Assembly (NCBI GenBank): GCA_029855935.1
Contig: JAGSHN010000018.1
Location: 32,001-96,000, forward strand
Direction: 5' to 3'
Origin: Candidatus Thorarchaeota archaeon
GTDB taxonomy: Archaea > Asgardarchaeota > Thorarchaeia > Thorarchaeales > Thorarchaeaceae
Length of the DNA: 64,000 bases
A model generated the notes under the pieces. That model made no database searches and had not been told where the DNA came from. It saw nothing but the letters and a program-made list of their open reading frames with translations. Below are positions 29,247-39,700 of this stretch, in pieces (the first letter of the stretch is position 1; each line of letters opens with the position of its first letter). Made by a program: the position numbers and the translations under genes.

Positions 29247-30942
29247 CCTGTGACTCGAAGCGCGGCAATGACGTCGGGAGAAGGGGCTCGTATCGGACCA
29301 GACCACGCGAGGAGACCACGCGCAGCAGGGGGTATACGGCGATGTCTGTGTCGGTGCATCTTCGGAGTAGCTCCACTCTCCAGTGAGGCGGACTTGACAC
29401 GATGGCCACGGCCCCGTCCTCCGTCAGCAGCAGTGTTCTCTCGATTGCCGCACCCTCTGTGGCCTGTCTAACACTCTCCTCCGATCCTGTGATAAGCAGA
29501 TTGGGCTGAAGACCGAGATGATTGAACTCCGGCAGGAGTAGAAGATTCCCGGTGCGTATCAGGGACTCCATCCTCTCGGGCGAACCGATAAAAGTGTCTC
29601 GAAGGACCTGAGGATCTCCCGAGTACAGCCGTTCTAGGACGGCCCTCTCCGCAGCAGGGAGCTCCGCCTGGCGAAAGTCTATTCTTGCCTCAACGGTTGG
29701 AGAAACCTCACGGGACCGTCCCAGTCGTGACAGTGCCCAGGTCACTATTCTGTCCACCTGGGGCAGAATGCCTCCTGACTTTGGTACCACGTCGTCAAGC
29801 TCTAGGCGATACTCAAGGGCCAATAGGTCTGAGCCGCTCCCGCTATCGGACACTGTCGCGGCAGATACGTGAGAGCCTTGGATGTAGTCGAGACGCAAGA
29901 GTGCCTTATCATCATCAGACGGCCGCTGCCACGTGATGCGCTGGTCGAGAGCTAGAGGATTGACGACCGCTCGAACACCAAGATGTATCTCCGGTACTGG
30001 GGAGTCGGTCTGGGCAAGTCGACGAGGAGAAGGGAGCAGTCCACAGAACTCTCTGAGGGAATGATACCGCTCTGTCCCGAGATTTACCTCGTGAGAACTG
30101 TGCACAACGTCAAGCACCTGTTGGAACTGCTTCCATCCCTTGATGGGTGGTGACGCCTCTCTCAGAACATCGAGCAAAGACCGGAAGCCGCGAGAGTCGT
30201 AGCTCTCTGCGTGGTAGACCAAGTGCGTCACAACGGAGAGCCGACCACTCTTCTTGGAGGCCCTCAGCCACGCCCTCAGCCAGCCCGTACGGGAATCACC
30301 ACGCAGAAGAGAGTATGCGATAGCATTGCCAAGCGTGACCGACCATTGCGCCAAGCGCCTGTCAGGATCAAGGTGCAACAGCACGGCAGCCCTGAGCGCA
30401 AGCCCCTCCCTCCACGAGGCCCGCACCGATGCCTCTTCGATGACAAAGGCATCGCCATCAAGTGCAAGGCCAAAGTTCTGTCCCTCGCCAACGGGTGAAG
30501 AGCTGACAAAGAGTGGCGGGAAGTCGGGCTCGGTCAGGCCCATATGCCGCGACACTCGCCTGATGGCACGTGCGAGCAGCGAGCGCACCTCCTCTGTGGC
30601 CTCCATTCTCAGCTCCTCTGGCGTGGGCTCCCTCGGCTTCTCGTACCGGGCAATCAGGCGGGAGGCGCGCCGAATCTTCTTGTACACCTCAACACTGACA
30701 TTCTCGCCCAAGTGCAGCACGCCCGAGGCGTCGAAGAAATAGACCCTTATCCTGTCGAGACTAATCACTGCTACAAGGAAGACGATGCCGCGAAGCTGAG
30801 CGAAGTGCTTTCGCAAGGTGGAGGCCTTCACGCGGAGAATCTCCACGGCAAGTGCGCCCGTCTCCCGGTACTGTCGTTCTCCAAACTCTGCCACCGCGCG
30901 CGGGACTCTCCTGCTTCTCTGACTCAATACGCGTACCTCCAT
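29239..30942 (-). CDS. hypothetical protein
   Basis: 567-aa uninterrupted ORF; no motif recognised. Confidence 0.7.
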   Translation of the reverse strand: MEVRVLSQRSRRVPRAVAEFGERQYRETGALAVEILRVKASTLRKHFAQLRGIVFLVAVISLDRIRVYFFDASGVLHLGENVSVEVYKKIRRASRLIARYEKPREPTPEELRMEATEEVRSLLARAIRRVSRHMGLTEPDFPPLFVSSSPVGEGQNFGLALDGDAFVIEEASVRASWREGLALRAAVLLHLDPDRRLAQWSVTLGNAIAYSLLRGDSRTGWLRAWLRASKKSGRLSVVTHLVYHAESYDSRGFRSLLDVLREASPPIKGWKQFQQVLDVVHSSHEVNLGTERYHSLREFCGLLPSPRRLAQTDSPVPEIHLGVRAVVNPLALDQRITWQRPSDDDKALLRLDYIQGSHVSAATVSDSGSGSDLLALEYRLELDDVVPKSGGILPQVDRIVTWALSRLGRSREVSPTVEARIDFRQAELPAAERAVLERLYSGDPQVLRDTFIGSPERMESLIRTGNLLLLPEFNHLGLQPNLLITGSEESVRQATEGAAIERTLLLTEDGAVAIVSSPPHWRVELLRRCTDTDIAVYPLLRVVSSRGLVRYEPLLPTSLPRFESQAT

Positions 30943-31050
30943 CTCATAGGCTGGCGGAGTTGACTGCCTCAGCAGTCGCCATCAGGCCTGGCAGATAGCT
31001 GTGAGAGACATACTTAACTGTATTCGCCTCTACGTGTGGCTGAGAATGCA

Positions 31051-31209
31051 ATGCAGTTCTTCGATATGACCATGCTCATAATCTGGCTCGTGGTCCCCCT
31101 CATGGTCCTCATCGGACGTGCGCTCTTGGCGGCATATAGGACCAAGCAGATACGAGACAGACTCCGCGAGACGGAGAAAAAGTCCACCCCTCTGACAAGG
31201 CCGCTATGA
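31051..31209 (+). CDS. small single-TM protein (52 aa; absent from ORF track)
   Basis: MQFFDMTMLIIWLVVPLMVLIGRALLAAYRTKQIRDRLRETEKKSTPLTRPL; fills the intergenic gap; TATA-like CTTAA upstream. Confidence 0.55.
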   Translation: MQFFDMTMLIIWLVVPLMVLIGRALLAAYRTKQIRDRLRETEKKSTPLTRPL

Positions 31210-31232
31210 ATCTCAAATAGATACGCTGGCAC

Positions 31233-31733
31233 CTACGTGCCCTCTGTTGCCGCCCCTTCCTCTTCGGCCTGCGTCTTCTCCAGATCCTCGTACATGGGCA
31301 AGAGGAGATCTCTGGTGGGGGTTGTATTCATCACAACATCAAGGATCTCGTTGTTCCTCAGCAACATACAACCCAAGAACTCATAGAGATACTTGTCGAG
31401 TCGGATGTTCACACCTCGGCGCGGGACCTGTGTGAGGAATAGTACGATGCTGAAGTCTCCACGCGGCAGCTGATTCAAGATGCCTCGCTTCATGTCCGGC
31501 TTAAGGTCCTGCTCCAATTGCTTGGTGGCTGTGCCACGTTCAATGAAGCTATACCGGATCCGCTCAAAGTTTCCCGACGCGCTCTTCTTTGGCCGCAGAA
31601 ACGATATCGAGTACCCGAGCCTCTTCAGAGAGTTGTACCCAATGAACGTACGATACAGCGGAGGACAGAGTGGCTCCAGCTCTACCTTTCTGAGCTCGAC
31701 TATCTTGCCGTTTCTGCGAACCTTCAGATTCAT
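31233..31733 (-). CDS. hypothetical protein
   Basis: 166-aa ORF with host-like codon use. Confidence 0.7.
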   Translation of the reverse strand: MNLKVRRNGKIVELRKVELEPLCPPLYRTFIGYNSLKRLGYSISFLRPKKSASGNFERIRYSFIERGTATKQLEQDLKPDMKRGILNQLPRGDFSIVLFLTQVPRRGVNIRLDKYLYEFLGCMLLRNNEILDVVMNTTPTRDLLLPMYEDLEKTQAEEEGAATEGT

Positions 31734-31801
31734 ACTTCAGGCCATCCCAGAGTGAGTGCCCTTACTGCTTGTTGGGCAGGTGTCGGACCATCTATTGAAT
31801 G

Positions 31802-32329
31802 TCACGGCCCGTCTGTGACATATAGAGATACCCCTTCTCTACTTAAGAGAGTCGCCTTTGCTCTCCGACCGAGAGCATAGCCTCCGATGCCGCCCGCCGA
31901 GACGACGCGGTGGCACGGGATGATTGGTGCAAAACGATTCGAGGCCATTACATTCCCCACGAATCTGGCGGCCCCCGGCAGCCCCGCCATCTTGGCCAGT
32001 TCTCCGTACGTGACGGTGGACCCACGCGGAATACCCATAGCGGCCTTGAGAACAGCCCGCTGACGGGGAGTCAGGTCGGAGAAGTCCAATCTCACGCCGG
32101 AGAGGTCGATTGGCTGGCCTTGGAATATGGCAAACACATTCTCGAGCACGTTCTCTAGAGCCCTGTCGGATACGACTTCGAGGTCCTCACCTTTGACGGC
32201 CGCTATTGCCTCCTCAGGCGACCGTCGCGGTAGACACGTGGCATACAGACCAGCACTCGTGAACACGCCTGCAACGTAGAGATCGTCTCTCGAAACGATG
32301 ACCAGTCGCTTCTCAGCCGCCTTGGACAG
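31802..32329 (-). CDS. ogt: methylated-DNA-protein-cysteine methyltransferase
   Basis: IPRGSTVTYGELA, ARFVG, active-site PCHRVV; probable CTG start after GGTGAGGT. Confidence 0.88.
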   Translation of the reverse strand: MSKAAEKRLVIVSRDDLYVAGVFTSAGLYATCLPRRSPEEAIAAVKGEDLEVVSDRALENVLENVFAIFQGQPIDLSGVRLDFSDLTPRQRAVLKAAMGIPRGSTVTYGELAKMAGLPGAARFVGNVMASNRFAPIIPCHRVVSAGGIGGYALGRRAKATLLSREGVSLYVTDGP

Positions 32330-32341
32330 CGTACCTCACCC

Positions 32342-33214
32342 CTATTCGACATATGGGGAGCATCGGGCTACAGCAAGAGCCAGCTGTGCGGACAGGTCGG
32401 GATTGCTCTTTGTGGACCCATACAGGCACCAGCCACCATCGTTCCTCTGTGTCCTGACGATGAGCTCGACACCGCGCTTGATGACCTCGCGCTCCGGGTC
32501 GGACTCAGGAGGTATAACAGCTATCAGGTCGACCATGTCGTACGTGTAGCCAGCCTCAACTGATCTCTTCAGATGCTGATACAGTGCAGCCCGGCCGTTG
32601 CGGTAGACCTCATTGTTCTTGTCGACACCAGCCGCCAATAGGGCGGGGAGAATGTTGCCAGTACCAAGAGGGTCGGACTCCTTCTGGCCTTTGTAGTCAG
32701 GCCAGTTGCCGTCCTCGTACTGCGAGTAGAGGAGAAAGTCGCGGGCCTTGCGGATGCGTTCCTGATTCACATATCCAGCACGGCACAGCGCCTCAAGAGC
32801 CTTGCCAGTCAGCCAAGTGATGCTCTTTCCCACAGGATACCACTGACGGCCCTCGCCATCACCGAACTTGTCCTCAATAAAGGGATCAAGGTTCAGTGTC
32901 TCAGAGAAGCCGCCATCCCTCTTCTGGCGGGACACAAGGAACTGCATCATCCTGCTCGTCAGGTCAGACACGTCCTCGTCCAGCTCGACCAGCTGCATCA
33001 GGACCTCAGCGGTCGTCTTGACGGCACTCGGAGCACCCGGCCGAACGTCAAAGGGTACGCCTCCATTGTCGTTCACAATGGCACGCAGGGTAGAGAGCAT
33101 CTCCTGCAACACTTCGGCAGGGAGTTCGTAGCCCGCCGCAGCAAGTCTGAGTTTGTCAAGCACGTTACCAGTCTTGAGAACAAAACTCTGCACGTCATAC
33201 ACAAGGTTGACCAT
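32342..33214 (-). CDS. prenyltransferase/squalene-oxidase repeat (alpha-barrel) protein
   Basis: QW-type repeats QKRDGGF, QYEDGNW, QRNDGGW. Confidence 0.8.
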   Translation of the reverse strand: MVNLVYDVQSFVLKTGNVLDKLRLAAAGYELPAEVLQEMLSTLRAIVNDNGGVPFDVRPGAPSAVKTTAEVLMQLVELDEDVSDLTSRMMQFLVSRQKRDGGFSETLNLDPFIEDKFGDGEGRQWYPVGKSITWLTGKALEALCRAGYVNQERIRKARDFLLYSQYEDGNWPDYKGQKESDPLGTGNILPALLAAGVDKNNEVYRNGRAALYQHLKRSVEAGYTYDMVDLIAVIPPESDPEREVIKRGVELIVRTQRNDGGWCLYGSTKSNPDLSAQLALAVARCSPYVE

Positions 33215-33349
33215 ACTGTCACTGCCTCCCTCAGAGGTATTCCTAAGCAAGCCTCACGTCTCGCCAACAGAAATAGGTGGCGACTTCCGTCACTCTTGAT
33301 GAAGATACTTAGTGGTCACGTGTATAATAAAGATTGTTCGCGAGGCGAT

Positions 33350-33619
33350 TCAGTCCGTCTCCTCAAGTTCGAGAAACTCCAAGATCTGCTTTCGGCGCTC
33401 TCGCTTCTCGTCCTCTGAGAGGTCCTCCAACCGTTGCTGACTGTCCTCAACGATGACTATCTTCTCGTGCGGCGAGTGTTCTATCCTGAACTCAACGCGA
33501 TAGTCCTCGTCCTTTTGCTTCAGCGGTTTCTCAAAGCCGCACTCTCTGCATCGGAGAACGGTCTTGGTACCCACTTTCTTGGGAAGCATCAACGCCCCAC
33601 ACTTGTCGCAGAACTCCAA
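33350..33619 (-). CDS. TFS/RpoM-like protein with N-terminal Zn ribbon only
   Basis: EFCDKCGALMLP...CRECG; no C-terminal QTRSADE ribbon; GAGGTGA RBS before TTG. Confidence 0.8.
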   Translation of the reverse strand: MEFCDKCGALMLPKKVGTKTVLRCRECGFEKPLKQKDEDYRVEFRIEHSPHEKIVIVEDSQQRLEDLSEDEKRERRKQILEFLELEETD

Positions 33620-33812
33620 GATCTCACCTCGACAGTGCACTGATTATGGCCTCTCGGCTCGTGCCGCATCCTGATTTAAGTTTGACGTTGCCACACTCAA
33701 CGGACATCCGATGAGGCGCAAGGAAAGACTCATATCGATGTTGACAGGCACGGCGCGGTGTCAGCAGAAGGCAGGCAGTGCCTCTTGGCATAGCGACTGG
33801 AGGAAATACAGA

Positions 33813-35147
33813 ATGGTGCGGGTCGTTCCGTTCAGGGCCTATCGATATAACACAGAAAAGGCGGGTGACCTGTCGAAACTGGTCTCGCCGCCGTACGACA
33901 TCATCAAGGGCGAGAAGGTAGACAGGCTACAGTCCATGTCGCCCTACAACATTGCATGGATCATCCGGAATAAACCCCAAGACGGTGATGACGAGACGAA
34001 CAACCAGTACACGAGGGCGAGGGACCTTCTCAAGAAGTGGATTGAGGAAGGAATCCTAGTCCAAGATGACAGGGAGAGCTTCTATGTCTATGGACAGGAC
34101 TTCGAGGTCAATGGGAGGAGGCGCTTCAGGTTCGGATTCATCGGGTTGATTCGACTCGAAGAGTTTGCAAAGGAGACCCCCAAGGACAGAAAGTTCACCG
34201 GGGTGCTACAACACGAGGAGACTCTCCCGAAGGACATCGAGGACCGGCTCAACCTCTGCAGGGCTACGATGGCCCAGTTCGGTCAGATCTTCGTGATCTA
34301 CCCCGACCACGAGGGAGAGGTCGATTCGATCCTGAAGGAGGCAATGAACGAGAAGCCGATTGCAGATGTCACCGACTACGAGGGAGTCCGACATCGCATT
34401 TGGAGAATCAGCGATGAGGAGAAGACAAGAAGAATCTCCCAACTGATGGAGGACAAGTACGTCATCATCGCCGATGGCCATCACCGCTACAAGACGGCAT
34501 TGGCCCTGGCACGAGAGCATCCGAAGCTTGAGAGTGCGAAGTACAGGATGATGACCTTTGTCAACATGGCCAATCCGGGACTTGTCATCCTGCCGACGCA
34601 CAGGCTGGTCCAGAATCTTGAGGACTTCTCTGTGGAGCGCCTCTTCGAGGGCATAGGGGAGTACTTCGACATCAAGAGCTTTGACAACAAGGATGATATG
34701 TTCCGCCTGATGGAGGAGAAGTTCAGGAGAGGCGAACACGCCTTCGGGCTCTTCGTCAACGACGGAAAGTTCTACACTCTGGTTCTCCGGGACGAGTCCG
34801 TGATGGATGAGGTGCTGCCTGATAAGTCGCGGGAACTGAGAAGGCTGGACGTGTCAATCCTCCACAGTCTGATTCTAGACAGGGTGCTGGGAATCGACAA
34901 GGAGAAACTTGCCCAAGGCTCGATGAGCGGCCGTGGCGGATACGTGGTCTACATCAAGGGCATCGGCAACGCTGTTGATGAGGCGATTGCGGCCGTCAGG
35001 TCAGGTGCGCAGGCTGTCTTCTTCATGAATCCGACGAGAGTGGAGGAGGTCGAGGCGGTCTCAAAGAACTTCGAGGTGATGCCTCAAAAGAGCACGTTCT
35101 TCCAGCCCAAGGTCTGGACTGGATTCACGATAAACAAGCTGAGATGA
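33813..35147 (+). CDS. DUF1015 family protein
   Basis: PPYDII, HEETLP, IADGHHRY, ILPTHR, MPQKSTFF.PK motifs. Confidence 0.9.
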   Translation: MVRVVPFRAYRYNTEKAGDLSKLVSPPYDIIKGEKVDRLQSMSPYNIAWIIRNKPQDGDDETNNQYTRARDLLKKWIEEGILVQDDRESFYVYGQDFEVNGRRRFRFGFIGLIRLEEFAKETPKDRKFTGVLQHEETLPKDIEDRLNLCRATMAQFGQIFVIYPDHEGEVDSILKEAMNEKPIADVTDYEGVRHRIWRISDEEKTRRISQLMEDKYVIIADGHHRYKTALALAREHPKLESAKYRMMTFVNMANPGLVILPTHRLVQNLEDFSVERLFEGIGEYFDIKSFDNKDDMFRLMEEKFRRGEHAFGLFVNDGKFYTLVLRDESVMDEVLPDKSRELRRLDVSILHSLILDRVLGIDKEKLAQGSMSGRGGYVVYIKGIGNAVDEAIAAVRSGAQAVFFMNPTRVEEVEAVSKNFEVMPQKSTFFQPKVWTGFTINKLR

Positions 35148-35173
35148 TCGAGCGAATAGAGAAGGTGACAGGT

Positions 35174-36259
35174 ATGGTACACAGGGTATACAACTTCTAT
35201 CCGGGGCCTGCAACGCTGCCGTTGCCTGCCTTGGAGAGGGCACAGAAGGAGCTGCTGGACTACGCAGGAACGGGGATGAGTGTCCTTGAGATCTCCCACA
35301 GGTCCAAGGAATACGACCAGCTCCATCACGAGGCGATGAACCTTGTCCGTGAGCTGATGGGACTGTCTGATGACTTCAAGGTCCTGTTTCTGCAGGGTGG
35401 TGCATCCACACAGTTCTACATGGTGCCGCTGAACCTCCACGTCGAGGGGAAGCCGATGGAATACGTCAATACTGGACGCTGGTCGACCAAAGCAATAAAG
35501 GAGGCCAGGCTGTTTGGTGAGGTCAGGGTGGTGGCCTCCTCCGAGGAGGAGAAGTTCACCTATGTTCCCGAGGAGGTGCAGTTCAGCGACGGTGCTGCCT
35601 ATGCACACATAACGACCAACAACACTCTGTACGGGACCCAGTGGCACTCGATACCAAAGGTCGCGAATGATGTGCCACTTGTTGCGGACATGAGCTCGGA
35701 CATTCTATCAAGGCAGATGGACTTCAAGAGATTCAGCGTGATCTATGCGGGCGCCCAGAAGAATCTCGGGCCAGCTGGAGTCACATTGGTGATTGTGCGG
35801 GAGGACCTTCTGGATAGGGTACCGGAGAACACGCCGACGATGCAGAAGTGGAAGACCCACGCTGAGAAAGACTCCCTGTTCAACACCCCGCCCACGTTCT
35901 CCATCTACATAATGAAGCTCTGTTTGGAGTACCTAAAGGAACACGGCGGAGTGTCCGCTCAGGAGAAGCTCAATCGTGAGAAGGCCAAGATTCTGTACGA
36001 CATAATAGACTCATCAGACGGCTTCTACAGGGGTCACGCCAAGAAGGAGTCCCGCTCAATAATGAACGTGACATTCCGGCTTCCGACAGAGGAGCTCGAG
36101 GCTATGTGTGTGGAGGAGGGCGCCAAGCGGGGGCTCATCGGTATCAAGGGTCACCGCTCTGTCGGTGGAATGCGGGCCTCCATCTACAATGCGATGACAC
36201 TTGAGGGCGTAGAGAAACTGGCCCAGTTCCTCAGGGAGTTCAGAGAGCAGCATCAGTGA
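35174..36259 (+). CDS. serC: phosphoserine aminotransferase
   Basis: NFYPGPA, SHRS, LQGGA, DMSSD, YAGAQKNLGPAG, GHRSVGGMRASIYNA. Confidence 0.95.
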   Translation: MVHRVYNFYPGPATLPLPALERAQKELLDYAGTGMSVLEISHRSKEYDQLHHEAMNLVRELMGLSDDFKVLFLQGGASTQFYMVPLNLHVEGKPMEYVNTGRWSTKAIKEARLFGEVRVVASSEEEKFTYVPEEVQFSDGAAYAHITTNNTLYGTQWHSIPKVANDVPLVADMSSDILSRQMDFKRFSVIYAGAQKNLGPAGVTLVIVREDLLDRVPENTPTMQKWKTHAEKDSLFNTPPTFSIYIMKLCLEYLKEHGGVSAQEKLNREKAKILYDIIDSSDGFYRGHAKKESRSIMNVTFRLPTEELEAMCVEEGAKRGLIGIKGHRSVGGMRASIYNAMTLEGVEKLAQFLREFREQHQ

Positions 36260-36296
36260 GAGAGAATATCTAATCGGGATGGTCGGGTATGTCCCA

Positions 36297-36668
36297 TCAT
36301 ACCCGTGCCCTCCCTCGGTCTACTTGCCTACCAGATACCGAGTCGGCAACGGCTGAATAGAGGGCCCTGACATCAGAGGGTCGTAGCAGGCCCTCGTATG
36401 TCCGCGACATCTGATAACGGCTGACACGTACCTCAAGCCGTCGCATACCTCTGCTGCTGAAGAAGTCCCTTATTGCTCCGACCACAGGGATGAGTTCTCC
36501 TCTCGGTAGGCGCCCCTGCAGTAGTTCCCTGCAGGCCGAACAGTCAACGAGAACCCGGGTGGAACCATCATCTGTGAGCACCTCGACCTTCAGCACTCTG
36601 TTCGGGCCGAAGAGTCTCGCTTTGAGGCCTCGGTCGAGAGGAATCGTAAAGGTTCCCAGACTATGCAT
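36297..36668 (-). CDS. hypothetical protein with CxxC
   Basis: 123-aa ORF, CSAC. Confidence 0.6.
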   Translation of the reverse strand: MHSLGTFTIPLDRGLKARLFGPNRVLKVEVLTDDGSTRVLVDCSACRELLQGRLPRGELIPVVGAIRDFFSSRGMRRLEVRVSRYQMSRTYEGLLRPSDVRALYSAVADSVSGRQVDRGRARV

Positions 36669-36797
36669 CTGATTTCAGAACTCCAAACGTGTGACCTGGA
36701 GGGGGAGGGTATCTGCGGCCGTATTAAGTGATTGCGGGGTGGTGGCAGCGGGGTCGGTGCCGCCGACCCCACGCCGAAACCGGGTCCTGTCTCGGCA

Positions 36798-39700
36798 CTA
36801 GCTGCCACGACGACGCGAGTAGACCACACAGACAATGATGAGTGCAATGATTGCCCCGAATATCAGCGCCAAAAGCATCGGGTCCGGCTCGGTCGGTAGC
36901 GTTGGCGTCGTCGATGTCGTTGTTGTGGTTGAAGTTGTGGATGTGGTTCCAGTTGTCGTTGTGGTAGTGGTGGTCGTCGTAGTAGTGGTAGTTGTCGTGC
37001 TCTCTTGGACCGTGTAGGTGAACTCGCTACTCTGGCCGACATTGCCCTGACTGTCCCAGGCAATGATGTAGTAGCGCACAGTAGTCCCAGACGGGAGCGC
37101 AGGAATGGTGGCCTGATACAGACCTCCCACCAGTTGCATCGTCACGTTGGTCCAAGCAGTCCCGTTGAAATACGAGAGTGTCACCATATCGACTCCTGTG
37201 TCGTCGGTGATGTTCGCATAGATTGTGACGGACTGGGTGTCATCAGGGGTCAACGGATCCTGTGATATGTCCACGAAGACTGGAGGGTTGCTCTCTGACA
37301 CCACCGTTGTGTATTGGAATGTGGCGGAGGTATTGGTATTGCCCGCAGTATCGTTAGCAACGAAGTAGTAGTACACCGTGGTACCCTCCGGCTGACCGGG
37401 TATGACACCGCTGAAGGTCTGACCCGTTCCGCTCATCACTGCGGCATTCCAGACTCCTGCAGTCGCAGACCAGTTCAACAACACCGTGTCCACGCCCGAT
37501 GCTCTCGATGGCTCAACAACATCCACGCTGACAAGGACATCGCGGCCCGCACCCGGCTGGCTGGCGTTCCGCCAGAAGTTCCCGAGCCACGGCTCGATGC
37601 TGTCACCCACCGCAAAGCTCGACACGGCGGTCTCGTTCGTGTTGCCCTCGGTGTCGTTTGCCTTGATTGTGTAGTAGACAGTATCACCATAAGAGAACGG
37701 GCCGATTGAACCAGTGTAGTTGCCAGATCCCTGAAGGGTGAGCGCGACCTCCGAAGGAGATGTCCACGAGCCTATGTCGTATCGCACAAAGACGCCTGCA
37801 ATAGTGCCGTCGTCTGTGACATTGACCTCGAATGTGACCGTGTCGTCGTACTCCACGTCAACGGGTTGTCGAGACACCGAGTGTATCTGGGGAGCCAAGC
37901 CCACTACCTGTTGCACAGCAGCTAAGACGTTCAACTTGCCATAGCCCCACGTTGGGTTGGGAACGGTCCCCGTGAAGGCATCAGTCCTTGCTGACCCCTT
38001 GATCATGTTTCCGACCTGACTGCCAATCGAGGAGTCCGCCTGTAGCATAAGCGCTGCACACCCTGCCACATGCGGCCCTGACGCTGATGTCCCACTGAAC
38101 AGTCTGTGGCCCCCAAATCTCGCGCTGAACGGGAGACCCCCATTGGCATTGAACCAACCTTGCCAAGTGGAGGCGTTCGAGTAGTCAGAGATGATGTCCC
38201 AACCTCCGGGTGCGGCAACACCCTGCTTCAGCACCTCGTCAATGCGGGGTCCCCTGGACGAGAAACTGGCAATGTCGCCCAGCACATCGGGCGTGGAGCC
38301 CTGAAGCAGCGTGCGCGTGCGATAGCTTGCAATGCTGACCGCGCTGTCTGCCGTTGACGGCCAAGTTATCTCGTAGCTGTTGTTCACCGAACTCTTCCAG
38401 ACGCATCCGCCAGTCCACGAGGACTGGTCATCGGAAATGTAGCAATGGAAGGTAGTCGTCGCAGGAGCAGTGATGTTGAGCTGATGCCACGGTTGTGGAG
38501 GAGTCGTCGGGAGAGTACCGTGAATCCAGATCGCAAGCATCCGGGTGTTGCGGGACGAGGTGGATATGAAGGACTCGACTGTGAAGGAGTTGCCACCCGC
38601 GCTAACTGGTGGCTCGGCGCTCCAGTTCCAGTAGCCCACGCCTGGATGAAGGTAGACCGGAACGACTGGACCGCCCCACACGGCCAGGTTCATTATCAGG
38701 CTGAAGTTGCACGCAGCGAAACTTGTCTCATTGACAGACAGGACCGTGATGTAGACGTTTTCAATCGGATAGTCCACATAAGTACCATTAGGCTGTGGTA
38801 TTGTGAAATCGACGTACGTGGGGCTGTTGGGCTGCGCTGTTGTCAGAGCATGTTTGTCCTTTCCGCCAAGGTTGCCTGCAGGCGATAGCACGGGTATTCC
38901 GTCCGAGACAATTGTGTTGATCAGCGTCTCGGCGCTGGACGAACCGTCGAGATAGTGGTATGTCCACGAACCGAGTTCCGTGAGAATCACGTCTGCCCCG
39001 TGATTGTATGCCCAAGTCAGGCCCTCGTCTACAGATAGGCGAGTGTTCGATGCCCCCAGTACCCTTATCATCATCAGCTCCGCATCCGGGGCAACACCAA
39101 CGTACTTCCTGAAACCTAGCTGCCCACCGAGCAATATCCCGGAAACGGCCGTTCCGTGTCCGTCGGTGTCGTAGTGGGTGCTTGAGGTGAGGTTCACGCC
39201 TCGTTCCCATACCTGTATCTCGGGCGTGGCGCTACCATCCTTCTCCACAATGTAGCGAGTCTTGGGTGTGGTGAGCATCACAAGGGGCTCGCCCGGATCA
39301 AGATGGTCGTTACCATTCGTATCGTTGACAACAAAGAACGGCTCACCGAGGTCGGGAATCCCATTCTGTGTGATGTTGTCGACCCAGAGCCAGTCAGTGG
39401 TAGTGTTGTATGTGCCATCACTATCTATGTCGATGACGTACAACATCTCGTTTGCATCGGCAATGGTGTCCCCGTCAAGGTCGACGGCATCGGTGCCATT
39501 GTCGGGGACCAGGTTGCCGCCAACGTCAATCCACTGGTACTCTGTCTTGCCAGGAAACCAGAGGTCAGGATGGCGCCAGTCGACTCCGCTGTCGAGATCA
39601 GCAATAAGGATTCCCTTGCCAGTGAGATTCCTGTCGAGGGAGTCCAGCATCTTCCACGCATCATCGGCATTGATCTCGGGAATCGACACGTCACGCGTGG

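Noticed and set aside
32342-33214. Squalene/hopene cyclase
   Set aside because: Only ~290 aa and no DxDD motif; QW-type repeats only
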